From Granulicella sp. (GTDB lineage: Bacteria > Acidobacteriota > Terriglobia > Terriglobales > Acidobacteriaceae), in NCBI GenBank assembly GCA_035568455.1, contig DATMOB010000022.1, positions 4,733 to 68,732 of the forward strand: a stretch of 64,000 bases of DNA, in the 5' to 3' direction. Shown here piece by piece: positions 48,054 through 56,923 of this stretch; the stretch's first letter is position 1, and each line of letters begins with the position of its first letter. Below the pieces are notes generated by a model. That model saw only the letters and a program-made list of their open reading frames with translations, had not been told where the DNA came from and ran no database searches. Made by a program: the position numbers and the translations under genes.

Positions 48054-49649
48054 CTAGACCGCCAGCATGCCCGTCCGATTCCCCAGCCTGGCCAGCTTCA
48101 CCTTCTCGCTGATCATCCCCACCGCGCGCCGCGCGCTCAATGCCGCGCCCTCCTGCCAGCCCACGATATTGCTGATCGTATCTCCCGCCAGGTAGATCGG
48201 CCCATCCGGCTCGATCACCACGTCATAGCCGCTGGTCCCGCCGCCATAGGTCTCGATCCACGAACCTTCATTCCACTTCACGTGCTTCCAGCCGCAGAAC
48301 GCCGGCTTGGTCAGCTCCTTGCCGTGTCCCGGGTGGATCTTCTCGACCCCCGCCCGCGACGCGGCCAGCTTCTGCTCCAGGGTCATCTCCGCGAACCCCG
48401 GCAGCTCGGTCTCATCCATCATGTAGCCCCCGACCACGATTCCCGTCGGGTGCATCAGCCGCGCGCTCGGATACCAGATCGGACTTGGCGCCTGCGACAC
48501 AAACGACAGCCCCCCGTAGATGTTGTAGTCCTGCTCCCAGAACCGCCGGCTCTCCCATGCGATCTTGAACGACGTCCCCATCGTGCAGCCCTCGATCACC
48601 CGCTTGTACGGCTCCGAGAGATCATTCGGAATCTTTTTCAGCATCGAGAACGGCAGTGCGCACACGCAGTAGGCCGCCTCGATCTGCTTCTTCTCCCCGC
48701 CCTGTTCATACCCGATCCGCACGCCATTGGCGGTCTTGCGGATCTCCGTCACCGGCGCGCCGTACTGCACCACCTGACCCAGCGCCTTCGCAAACGCATA
48801 CGGGATGCGGTCCATCCCACCCACCGGCTGCATCATCGTCGCCTGCCACTCCAGCACCTCCTCATACAGCATCGCGTCCCAGAAGTTCGCATCGAGCAGC
48901 GTGTGCATGTCCAGCGGAACCTCATCCACCTCTACCTGCCGGCCCGCGCCCGGCGACACCTTCATCCCCGCCCGCCCCGAGCCAACATACGCGCCCGACT
49001 TGTCCAGCGGCCCATACACCTTCAGAAACTCCGTCATCCGCTCGCGGTCTTCCCTGGACAGCTCCCGGTCCAGCGCCCCCTGCGCGATGCACTTCGACAG
49101 CAGCTCGGAGACCCTTCCCCGCGTATCGTTGATCGCCTTGCGCTGCACCACCGGCTCGCCGCCGTTGGCCTTATCGTTCTGCAGCAACGTCGAGCGCGAG
49201 GTGTTGATCTCCACCTCCAGCGCCACGCCCAGCTCGCGGCAGTAGTTGAGCATCGTCGTGTGCGTGCTCGGCAGCCGCGCCGGACCGAGATTCTGGTAGT
49301 TCCCTTCCTCCCACTCAATCGCCTGAGAAGTTCCATCCACAAACTCGATCTTCGTTCCCTTGCGTCCGGTCCAGTTGCGTCCGCCCGGCCGCTCCCGCGC
49401 CTCCAGCAGCGTCACCTCGTACCCCAGCTTGCGCAGCTCATACGCCGAGACCAGTCCCCCGATCCCGCCGCCCAGCACCACCACCTTCACGCCCGAGCCC
49501 ACGCCCGCAGCCGCCGCGATCGGCTCCATCGCCATCGCCCGCATCGGCATCAGACCCAACGACTGCATGGTCGCGAAGGTCGCGCCAAACCCACCCACCT
49601 GGCCAACGCGCAGCAGAAAATCACGCCTGGAGACTCCCAACTTACCCAT
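48054..49649 (-). CDS. Tat-exported flavin monoamine oxidase/L-amino-acid-oxidase-like protein
   Basis: SRRDFL Tat motif, GGGIGGL dinucleotide fold, LEARERPGGR, QPVGGMD and YLAGD...WQEGA. Start placed at ATG 49649. Confidence 0.9.
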   Translation of the reverse strand: MGKLGVSRRDFLLRVGQVGGFGATFATMQSLGLMPMRAMAMEPIAAAAGVGSGVKVVVLGGGIGGLVSAYELRKLGYEVTLLEARERPGGRNWTGRKGTKIEFVDGTSQAIEWEEGNYQNLGPARLPSTHTTMLNYCRELGVALEVEINTSRSTLLQNDKANGGEPVVQRKAINDTRGRVSELLSKCIAQGALDRELSREDRERMTEFLKVYGPLDKSGAYVGSGRAGMKVSPGAGRQVEVDEVPLDMHTLLDANFWDAMLYEEVLEWQATMMQPVGGMDRIPYAFAKALGQVVQYGAPVTEIRKTANGVRIGYEQGGEKKQIEAAYCVCALPFSMLKKIPNDLSEPYKRVIEGCTMGTSFKIAWESRRFWEQDYNIYGGLSFVSQAPSPIWYPSARLMHPTGIVVGGYMMDETELPGFAEMTLEQKLAASRAGVEKIHPGHGKELTKPAFCGWKHVKWNEGSWIETYGGGTSGYDVVIEPDGPIYLAGDTISNIVGWQEGAALSARRAVGMISEKVKLARLGNRTGMLAV

Positions 49650-50206
49650 TTGTTCAACCCTCATTTGTTCCGCGAGCGCAGCCAGCCAGCCGCGGCGAGT
49701 GCGCGATATCCGCCCACCCATCCCCACGCAACAGGGGGCCGCCGCAACCAGCCTCACTCGGTTCTTCCATCACCTAAGGAGTGCACCACAGGCGCAGCCA
49801 TCTCGCCTCGGCAAGCAAGCCAACCGAGCACGCAGACAGCAACCTGCAATGCAGGAACAGCCAGAGAGGCACAAGAGCCCCGTCGTGGGGACGTCCAACC
49901 CGATACGACCTCGCGCCGGGCTCGAAGTTGTTGATATGAATCGGACCCAAGCCACAACGCGTAAGCTGGAACTCGGTAGCTCCATCTTCAAAGCGGCTTC
50001 TGCTTTTGTCAATCCAGACTGTTATCAACCGGTGCGCAAGCATCCTCAATCCGTGTAGCCCCGAAGGGGCGGAAAGAGACACCGCCAGGATCGGGGCTCC
50101 GTGCTCCTTGAAATAGCACGGAAGCGACACGCTAGCTGTCGTTATTCCTAAACTAGTAGAAGAGATTCGCCGAAAGCAAAGGGCTTGCTCGTTCCCTAAA
50201 CTGCGC

Positions 50207-50244
50207 AGCCGCACGGGAGAGCCTGGTGATTGGGCAGGCATGAG
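50207..50244. repeat. 38-bp direct repeat, copy 1
   Basis: AGCCGCACGGGAGAGCCTGGTGATTGGGCAGGCATGAG; 37/38 identical to 53371-53408. Confidence 0.9.
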
Positions 50245-50573
50245 CCCTATTGATAGGCTGTATCCAACGTTTCCAGCCCACAGTGCGCTCTAGCCCAAGA
50301 TGAGTTTTTTGAGCGGAATGGCGTGACGGGCTGTGTGCATGGGTTTGCAAACAGGAATAGAACCTCTCATGAATAGAAGGTCACGATACCTCTCAGGTAT
50401 GCCAACTATCCGGTCGCGTTATGTCTCTCTCGCAAAGGGCGACCGTACACCCTATTATCAAGATAAAATTATCGGGTCTTCGTCTCATCCCATTGGCGGC
50501 TTTGAAGTGACTACAAGCGGTTGCTTCCTGCGACCACCTAGACTCCATACTGAAAACGAGTGCCCGAGAGTAT

Positions 50574-53192
50574 ATGCGTCAGATCCTATTCTGCCTTCTC
50601 CTGCTGGTTGTCCCTGCGTCCTCTTTTGCTCAATCTGAGTCGCGTCAGGTATTGCCGTCGACCATGGTTCCGCTCCACTATGATCTGGCGATCGCGCCTG
50701 ATGCCCAGAACCTGACATTTAAGGGCACGGTGAAGATCACGGTGAACGCAACGACCTCCACACGAGAGGTTGTGCTGAACGCGAAAGGGCTCACTCTCGA
50801 TCGCGTCCTGCTGGATGGCGCGGTGGCCCAGTCCGTCTCGATGGACGAGACGCTTGGCCATGCCACGTTGCAGTTTGTAAATCCGGTGAGTATCGGAGAA
50901 CATGAGCTGGCAATCAGCTACCACGGCCCAATTCTTCAGGGAACCTTCGGATTCTTTGCCATGGATTACGACAGTCCGACCGGGAAGCAAAGGACGCTAG
51001 CGACCAACTTCGAGCCAGCCGGCGCACGCATGTTGCTTCCTTGCTGGGATGAGCCGGCGCGCAAAGCGACCTTTACCATCACTGTGGATGCGCCCAAGGA
51101 CAGAGTCGCCGTGTCGAACATGCCTATAGCGCGGGTGACTGCGCTGGACGATCGATATCAGCGGGTTCAGTTCGCGACAAGTCCGAAGATGTCCACGTAT
51201 TTGCTTTTTCTCAGTATCGGGGACTACGAGCGCGTGCATCGTACGGTGGACGGGACGGACGTCGGCATTTTAGTGAAGCGTGGGGACCTTCCCAAAGCTG
51301 CCTACGCTCTGGAGCAGGCCACTGCGCTCCTGCATTACTACAACACGTACTTCGGCATCGAGTATCCTCTGCCGAAACTCGATTTGATCGCAGCCCCTGG
51401 CGGGATCACCGGGGGATCGATGGAGAACTGGGGAGCGATCTTCTACTCACAGAATCATCTACTGTTCGACCCGCAGAAATCGACTGAGGCGGACCGCCAG
51501 TGGGTCTTTCTGGTCGTTAGCCACGAAATGGCGCACCAGTGGTTTGGGGATCTCGTCACCATGGCGTGGTGGGACAATCTTTGGCTCAACGAGGGCTTCG
51601 CTCGCTGGATGCAAACTCATGCTGCGGATGCGCTGCATCCCCAGTGGCGCACCGGGCTTCAGGCGGCAGCGATCTTCGAGGGCGGCAAGCGCGCCGATGC
51701 GCAGTCCTCGAGCCATCCAGTGCTGCAACCCATCAATAGCGCCGAGCAAGCAGCTCAGGCCTTTGACGAGATCACGTACGACAAGGGAGCCGCTGTCATC
51801 ACCATGCTGGAGGCATACATAGGCCCCGATGCCTTCCGCGAGGGAGTGGATCGCTACATGCATGCCCACGCTTATGGCAACACCGTGGACAGCGACCTAT
51901 GGGGCGAGATGCAGGCCGTGGCGGGCAAGCCGATCCTCGATATCGAAAGTGACTTCACGCGACAGACGGGGCTCCCGCTCATTCAGGTGACAAGCAAGGG
52001 AAAGAGCACCGAGCTCCAAGTCAGCCGTTTCTATGAGGATCCCACGTCTGCCCCACCGCTGACGCAATCCTGGCGCATGCCAGTCGCCGTTGCCGACTCC
52101 GCGCGGCCTGTGCAGACGCTGCTGCTGACGCGCAACGCTGTGATTGCAGATGCAGAGCCCCTGGTCAATGTCGGTGCCCTCAGTTATGCGCGGGTGTCGT
52201 ACGCTCCGGCTCAGGTTCGATTGCTCCAGTCCCGCATGGCCGCGCTGTCTGCCGCTGACCAGCTCAATCTCTTGAACGATGCCTGGGCGCTCGGCCAGTC
52301 CGGCTATACTTCGGCTGGCGACCTGCTCGGCTACATAAACCATCTTCCGTCGAGTGCCGACCCCATCGTTTGGGCCCGCGCCATCGACCTACTCGTGACC
52401 ATCGATCGGGCACATCGTCCCACACCAGAGCGCACCGCGTTTCGCCGTTTCGCCTTGACCCTGCTGGAGCCGATCGCTCTCCGGATCGGCAGTTCCGGGG
52501 TTAGCGACGAAGATCCGGCGGTGACTTCTCTGCGCAATCAGATCTGGCAAACGCAGGCCCGGTTCGGCGATCCTCGCGCGCTTGCAAGGGCGAGAGAACT
52601 TTACGCCTCGCATAGCGGTTCGCCTGACGAACGCAGAACGTCCTTGGCGATCATCGCACAGACCGCGGACGCCGCCACCTTCGAGGCGCTGCTATCGCAG
52701 GCGCGAGCCTCCACCGACCCCTTGGAGCGAAGCCATCTTCTCCGCGCTCTCGCCAGTGCTGTGGACCCCGCGTTATCCGCGCGTTTGGTCGGTGTGGCGC
52801 TCAGTGGAGATGCTCCATCCGGGACCGCGCCTTCGCTCCTTTGGTTTGCCGCCGCGGAGAATCCAGACGCTGTTTGGGCTGCTCTTTCTCCCCACTTTGA
52901 CGATGCAAATCTGCCCATCGACGAGCAGGCGCGCGCCTGGATCATTCCTGCTATCGCAGGACAATCCTGCCAGCACGATCGGGTGGCCGACCTTCAGCGC
53001 TATGCGGACCACCATTTACCGGCCGATGCAAGGCAGCCAGTGGAGGCCGCGGTAGCTTCCATCCAACTGAACCTGCGCGTTCGAGAGGCTGCCGTCCCGC
53101 AGATCGATAATTGGGTCGCACAACAGTCGCGCACTCAATCTGCGTCTGTTTCGCGGCCCAGCCGGATCGCTAGCCGTTCAGTGATACATTGA
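50574..53192 (+). CDS. Secreted M1-family aminopeptidase with ERAP1-like C-terminus
   Basis: Signal peptide; PCWDEP, GSMENW, HEMAHQWFG...WLNEG and YDKG. Confidence 0.95.
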   Translation: MRQILFCLLLLVVPASSFAQSESRQVLPSTMVPLHYDLAIAPDAQNLTFKGTVKITVNATTSTREVVLNAKGLTLDRVLLDGAVAQSVSMDETLGHATLQFVNPVSIGEHELAISYHGPILQGTFGFFAMDYDSPTGKQRTLATNFEPAGARMLLPCWDEPARKATFTITVDAPKDRVAVSNMPIARVTALDDRYQRVQFATSPKMSTYLLFLSIGDYERVHRTVDGTDVGILVKRGDLPKAAYALEQATALLHYYNTYFGIEYPLPKLDLIAAPGGITGGSMENWGAIFYSQNHLLFDPQKSTEADRQWVFLVVSHEMAHQWFGDLVTMAWWDNLWLNEGFARWMQTHAADALHPQWRTGLQAAAIFEGGKRADAQSSSHPVLQPINSAEQAAQAFDEITYDKGAAVITMLEAYIGPDAFREGVDRYMHAHAYGNTVDSDLWGEMQAVAGKPILDIESDFTRQTGLPLIQVTSKGKSTELQVSRFYEDPTSAPPLTQSWRMPVAVADSARPVQTLLLTRNAVIADAEPLVNVGALSYARVSYAPAQVRLLQSRMAALSAADQLNLLNDAWALGQSGYTSAGDLLGYINHLPSSADPIVWARAIDLLVTIDRAHRPTPERTAFRRFALTLLEPIALRIGSSGVSDEDPAVTSLRNQIWQTQARFGDPRALARARELYASHSGSPDERRTSLAIIAQTADAATFEALLSQARASTDPLERSHLLRALASAVDPALSARLVGVALSGDAPSGTAPSLLWFAAAENPDAVWAALSPHFDDANLPIDEQARAWIIPAIAGQSCQHDRVADLQRYADHHLPADARQPVEAAVASIQLNLRVREAAVPQIDNWVAQQSRTQSASVSRPSRIASRSVIH

Positions 53193-53370
53193 GGCGCGTC
53201 TCCTTCGTGATCAGTTCTGTCTTTTCCGGAACTACAGTTGTTCACGTTAACGTGGGCGTGGCTTCGCCGGTGACTCGGGCTAAGCCACGCCCCGAAAAGG
53301 TTCTGAGCGGCGGCTGTCGGCATCCGGACATTATCCCGCACAAGCAGGTGACGGTGATCGAGGTTGGCAA

Positions 53371-53408
53371 AGCCGCACGGGAGAGCCTGGTGATTCGGCA
53401 GGCATGAG
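53371..53408. repeat. 38-bp direct repeat, copy 2
   Basis: AGCCGCACGGGAGAGCCTGGTGATTCGGCAGGCATGAG. Confidence 0.9.
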
Positions 53409-53417
53409 GCCCGGCCA

Positions 53418-53498
53418 CTACAGCCCGAGGGTATCGTTGACCGCGACGGCGATCTCCTGCTCCGATCCCAGGTAGCGTTCGGTGGTCTCGATCGAGCT
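53418..53498 (-). pseudogene. C-terminal tail of a tyrosine recombinase
   Basis: Reads SSIETTERYLGSEQEIAVAVNDTLGL-stop, containing the S-I-x-T-T-x-R-Y catalytic-Tyr motif; everything upstream is missing. Below the ORF-track size cutoff. Confidence 0.7.
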
Positions 53499-53832
53499 GA
53501 TAGATACTGGACGAGACATGAGCATAGCGGATGAGAACGCAAACCTAGTTTTGGCCGACATAGAACGGGCAGAACGTGAAATCCTCGCCCTCTACAAAGG
53601 GCATGTATCCACGCCTGGTCCGGTAGGTTGGCGGGAGAAAGACGGGTGTGGGTCGGAATCAAGAGACTGCGTCAAGATCGCCTTTGTTGCGGCGAAAGGC
53701 GCGCAGGAGGCGTTACAGCCGGCAATCGTAGGCGCCAACGGTGAACGGCGGGACGACGTGCCGGCATTGCAGGGAATATTTGAGGCAAAAATTGTTTGCG
53801 GGCGCATAGCATCAGGGAAGAGGATTTAACTG

Positions 53833-53858
53833 ATGTGCGGACGCTACGGCCGGCGCGG
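53833..53858 (+). pseudogene. First codons of an SRAP (SOS response-associated peptidase) gene
   Basis: ATG TGC GGA CGC TAC GGC CGG CGC = MCGRYGRR, the MCGRY start motif, cut by the IS5 relic. Confidence 0.45.
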
Positions 53859-54017
53859 CGTCGCCGACCCCGCCGGGGACCCGTTTCGATCATGAACGGC
53901 GCGAAGAACGCCCATTCCTCATCCGACATCAGACCCCGAACCAAGGCCGCTCTCCCCAAAGAGCAGCCTTGAATCATTCCTTAGCCGATTTGGGAATCCA
54001 CTTCGTCAACAGAGCCT
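53859..54017 (-). mobile_element. IS5-family left-end relic
   Basis: LMSDEEWAFFAPFMIETGPRRGR transposase start, preceded by a probable terminus CTAG-GCTCTGTTGACG on the - strand. Confidence 0.65.
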
Positions 54018-54025
54018 AGGCGCCG

Positions 54026-55207
54026 TCACAGCTCGGGGTGGACCAGGGCCGCCCGGATGCGCCGGGTGAGTTCTTCCCCGCTGAGGGGCGACCCGTCGAG
54101 GATGTTCCATCCGTTGGCGACGATGACGATGTCCTCGTCCCGAAGCACGAGGGGCCGTTGCCCGCCGAAGCCCGCGCCGCCGAAAGCGAGCCGCGAATCG
54201 CCGTCGCCATATGGAAAGAACCACCAGAGGTAAGCGTAATACCGGCCCGGAAACTCCTTGTCCTCGACCTTGATCGCGGGCGTCAGGGAGGCCTTGACCC
54301 ACTCGGGGCTGACGATCTGCGTCCCGTTCCAGGCCCCGTTGTGCAGATAGAGCAGCATCAGCTTCGCCAGATCGTGTCGGTCGAGGTAAAGGCCGCCTTC
54401 ACCGTCTGGCACGCCTTGGGGCGTCCGCTTCCAGAACCAGGACGTGATGCCCAGCGGCGCAAAAAGATGTTCCGCCGCATACTCCTCGAGGTCCTGGCCC
54501 GTCGCCTTTCGGAAGATGTAGGCTAGCGCCTGCGGCGCGCCGTCGTTGTAATTGAAGTGCGTCCCCGGCTCCTCGGCCATCGGTTGGTCGATGAAGTATT
54601 TCTGCCAGTCGAACGACTCCTCCAACTGCGTCGCGCTGTTACTGGCGTCGCTGTAGGGAACGTCGCTGTTCCACGTCACGCCCGTGGTCATATTGAGGAG
54701 ATGACGGATCGTAAGGTGCCGCTTACGGTCGTCGACGTTGGCGACGGTCCCGGCGTCGAAGAACTTCAGAACCGGCGTGTCGATGGAGGGAAACTCGCCC
54801 CGCGTGAGGGCGATCCCGATGATGATCGAGTCCACGGTCTTGGTGACCGATTGCAGCGTGTGCAGCTGGCCCTGATTGCGATAGTAGGGATACCACCAAG
54901 GATTGAAATAATTCGACGCCCCTCCGGGGTCGAGCCCGTTCAGCGCTTGGGCCTTTCGCGCCTCTGCGCCGTAGATCGCCCTGTAATCCTGCTGATAGAC
55001 GTGGTCGAAGGTTGTCTTTCCATGACGAAGGATGAGAAGACTGTCGACGTGGCCGTACTTTCCGGCGGAGATGTCCGCGTCCAGACGCGCGAGAGCCGCC
55101 GCGTCGAAGCCGAGCGAGGCCGGGGCGGAGGCGGCAGACGCCACAGGAGACAGCGAGACGCAGCCTGCAAGGCAGAGAGCAAGGATGTCGGGGCGCATGT
55201 AGAGCAA
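54026..55207 (-). CDS. Secreted serine hydrolase (beta-lactamase class C/NylB-like)
   Basis: SVTK SxxK motif, LTIRHLLNMTTG, FNYND, YAYLWW and GFGGQ; signal peptide. Confidence 0.9.
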   Translation of the reverse strand: MLYMRPDILALCLAGCVSLSPVASAASAPASLGFDAAALARLDADISAGKYGHVDSLLILRHGKTTFDHVYQQDYRAIYGAEARKAQALNGLDPGGASNYFNPWWYPYYRNQGQLHTLQSVTKTVDSIIIGIALTRGEFPSIDTPVLKFFDAGTVANVDDRKRHLTIRHLLNMTTGVTWNSDVPYSDASNSATQLEESFDWQKYFIDQPMAEEPGTHFNYNDGAPQALAYIFRKATGQDLEEYAAEHLFAPLGITSWFWKRTPQGVPDGEGGLYLDRHDLAKLMLLYLHNGAWNGTQIVSPEWVKASLTPAIKVEDKEFPGRYYAYLWWFFPYGDGDSRLAFGGAGFGGQRPLVLRDEDIVIVANGWNILDGSPLSGEELTRRIRAALVHPEL

Positions 55208-55245
55208 GGATAGCAGAGAGACGACGGGCAGGGTACAGGAAAGGA

Positions 55246-55273
55246 ACAGGGGACAGGGGACAGGGGACAGGGG
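55246..55273. repeat. Heptamer tandem repeat (ACAGGGG)x4
   Basis: Four perfect copies, followed at 55299-55322 by partly complementary CCCTACT/CCCTGAT/CCCTATT heptamers. Confidence 0.85.
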
Positions 55274-55341
55274 ACTAGGAAAGATGTTGGCGACGGATCC
55301 CTACTCCCTGATCCCTATTCCCGAAGGTTCTCGCCGATAAG

Positions 55342-55908
55342 TTGGCAAAGATGCCAAATAGCGAGGAAAACTATTACAAAGTCCGTGAGACTCGGCCCAC
55401 CTCGGAAGTAGGGCGAGCAGCACGTTTTGTTTACCTGACAAGTCTCTCTTTCAATGGAATTTATAGACAGAATTTGAAAGGCGTCTTCAATGTTCCTTAT
55501 GGGTATAAGGCGACAAAGCAACTCCCTACTTACGACGAGTTGTTAGCTGCCAGTGTCGCGCTCAAGGGAGCAACGCTCATGAGTACGGATTTTGAGGAAG
55601 CCACGGCTTCGGCCGAATCGGGCGATACGGTTTATTTCGATCCGCCCTACACCGTAGCGCATAACAACAACGGCTTCGTAAAGTACAACGCCTCAATTTT
55701 TTAGTGGGAAGATCAGCGCCGCCTGGCCGCTCATGCGTCGCGGCTAGCAGCCCGTGGCTGTCATGTCTTTGTAAGCAATGCGGACCATTATTCACTACGA
55801 GACTTGTACTGCTCTTTCCGGACCAAGGTTGTTCACCGGAATTCCGTGGTCGCGGCAAATACTGCCAATCGAGGCAAAATTACAGAGTGTCTGTTCATTT
55901 CGCGATGA
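55342..55908 (+). pseudogene. Dam-family DNA adenine methyltransferase, 5'-truncated with an in-frame TAG
   Basis: AARFVYL...FNGIYRQNLKGVFNVPYG, VYFDPPY; TAG at 55702-55704; same-frame continuation WEDQRRLA...VSNAD...RGKITECLF to TGA 55908. Confidence 0.85.
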
Positions 55909-55977
55909 GCTGTGACGGCTGTAGATGCCTCCACTTCTCAAGCGCGTGAAACGCAGAGAAGGTCATTGATTGTGCCG

Positions 55978-56677
55978 CTAAATTTCGGCAGCCGGCCAGT
56001 CCGTTAAAAGCAGCTGGCGGCTTAGCTGTGTTAGTTCCGGGTCTGGATGTGGGTCCATTTCAAACCGGATGGTGGAATCACTGATAAAAGGAACCACCCG
56101 TTCTTCGGAAGGTTTGACTTCAATCGGCTTCAACACTCTGATGCCCAGGGTTTGCTGAACCTTGGTGCGGCGCTCGGCTTCCTTATCCGCAAAGGCTTGC
56201 GTCATCTCGCCGCTGACTTCCCGAACGCCGTTGCGCCTGTTGCGGCCCGCTCCGTTCTCCCGCCGCCATGCCGGATAGCCACCCCAAAGCTCGTCACCGA
56301 TAAGGTGAACCTGAGTTGAACCGACATATCTGTCTAAAGCGCCTTCGATAATGGCGCGAACTTTCTTGGGCCGCGCGGCGCTGATTTCTCCACGTTTCGC
56401 TCGCGCCTCCTGGGTCAGGAGATATTCTCTCCCTACCTCTCGGAAAGGATGGTTGAACACAGGAACGTCATGCTTTAAACGAAACCGGATGTCTGCGTCC
56501 TGGTCGAAGGCGCGTTCCCGCGCCACATCGATGTCGGTCGTCTTAAGAGAAATAGTTCTTGTAGCGGTCGGCCTTGGGTATCTTCACACGGCAATACCAC
56601 ATCCGATGATCCACGTCGCCACGCCGGAAGAGAACCAAGCCCGGCTTGAGTTCCGATTTGTCCGTGACGAATGCCAT
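55978..56677 (-). pseudogene. Tyrosine integrase, frameshifted and 3'-truncated
   Basis: MAFVTDKSELKPGLVLFRRGDVDHRMWYCRVKIPKADRYK; removing one A near 56558 restores TISLKTTDIDVARERAFDQDADIRFRLKH. No catalytic domain follows. Confidence 0.75.
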
Positions 56678-56705
56678 ATTCGCCTCTATATCGTTTGACG
56701 CGTCC

Positions 56706-56762
56706 TGTGCAGATTCCGTGCAGATTTTTCTAGCAAGCCATTTAGTCTGCGCATCTGTGCAG
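56706..56762. repeat. Putative integrase arm-type sites (right)
   Basis: TGTGCAG at 56706, CGTGCAG at 56717 (11 bp apart) and TGTGCAG at 56756. Confidence 0.6.
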
Positions 56763-56824
56763 GGCTCGTATAGGGAATAGCCAAACAATATGTTGTTTAT
56801 TTATATTTATTTACGATATATTTC

Positions 56825-56916
56825 TCATCCCCGAAGGGATCTGCTTCTGCTGTTGTCGGTTTTCGCCAAGACCCGGGTGCCCCATCCTTCGCAGCCTCAC
56901 CGCGAAGGGTGGGATC
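56825..56916. repeat. Right half of the interrupted REP/BIME-like element
   Basis: TCATCCCCGAAGGGATCTGCTT followed by hairpin CCCATCCTTCGC...GCGAAGGGTGGG. Confidence 0.6.
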
Positions 56917-56923
56917 GAAACCC

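Larger units (their letters stand above)
46994..56836. mobile_element. Approximately 9.8-kb genomic island inserted into a REP-like element
   Basis: 12-bp direct repeat TCATCCCCGAAG at 46994-47005 and 56825-56836; AT-rich ends; TGTGCAG repeats near both ends; integrase relic reading inward from the right end. Confidence 0.75.

Noticed and set aside
50490-50545. TGGCGGCTTTGAAGTGAC segment reminiscent of IS21 terminal repeats
   Set aside because: Single degenerate copy with no istA/istB and no matching second end.
55702-55704. Amber read-through (pyrrolysine) in dam
   Set aside because: The gene is also 5'-truncated, no pyl genes are in the window, and a nonsense mutation is simpler.
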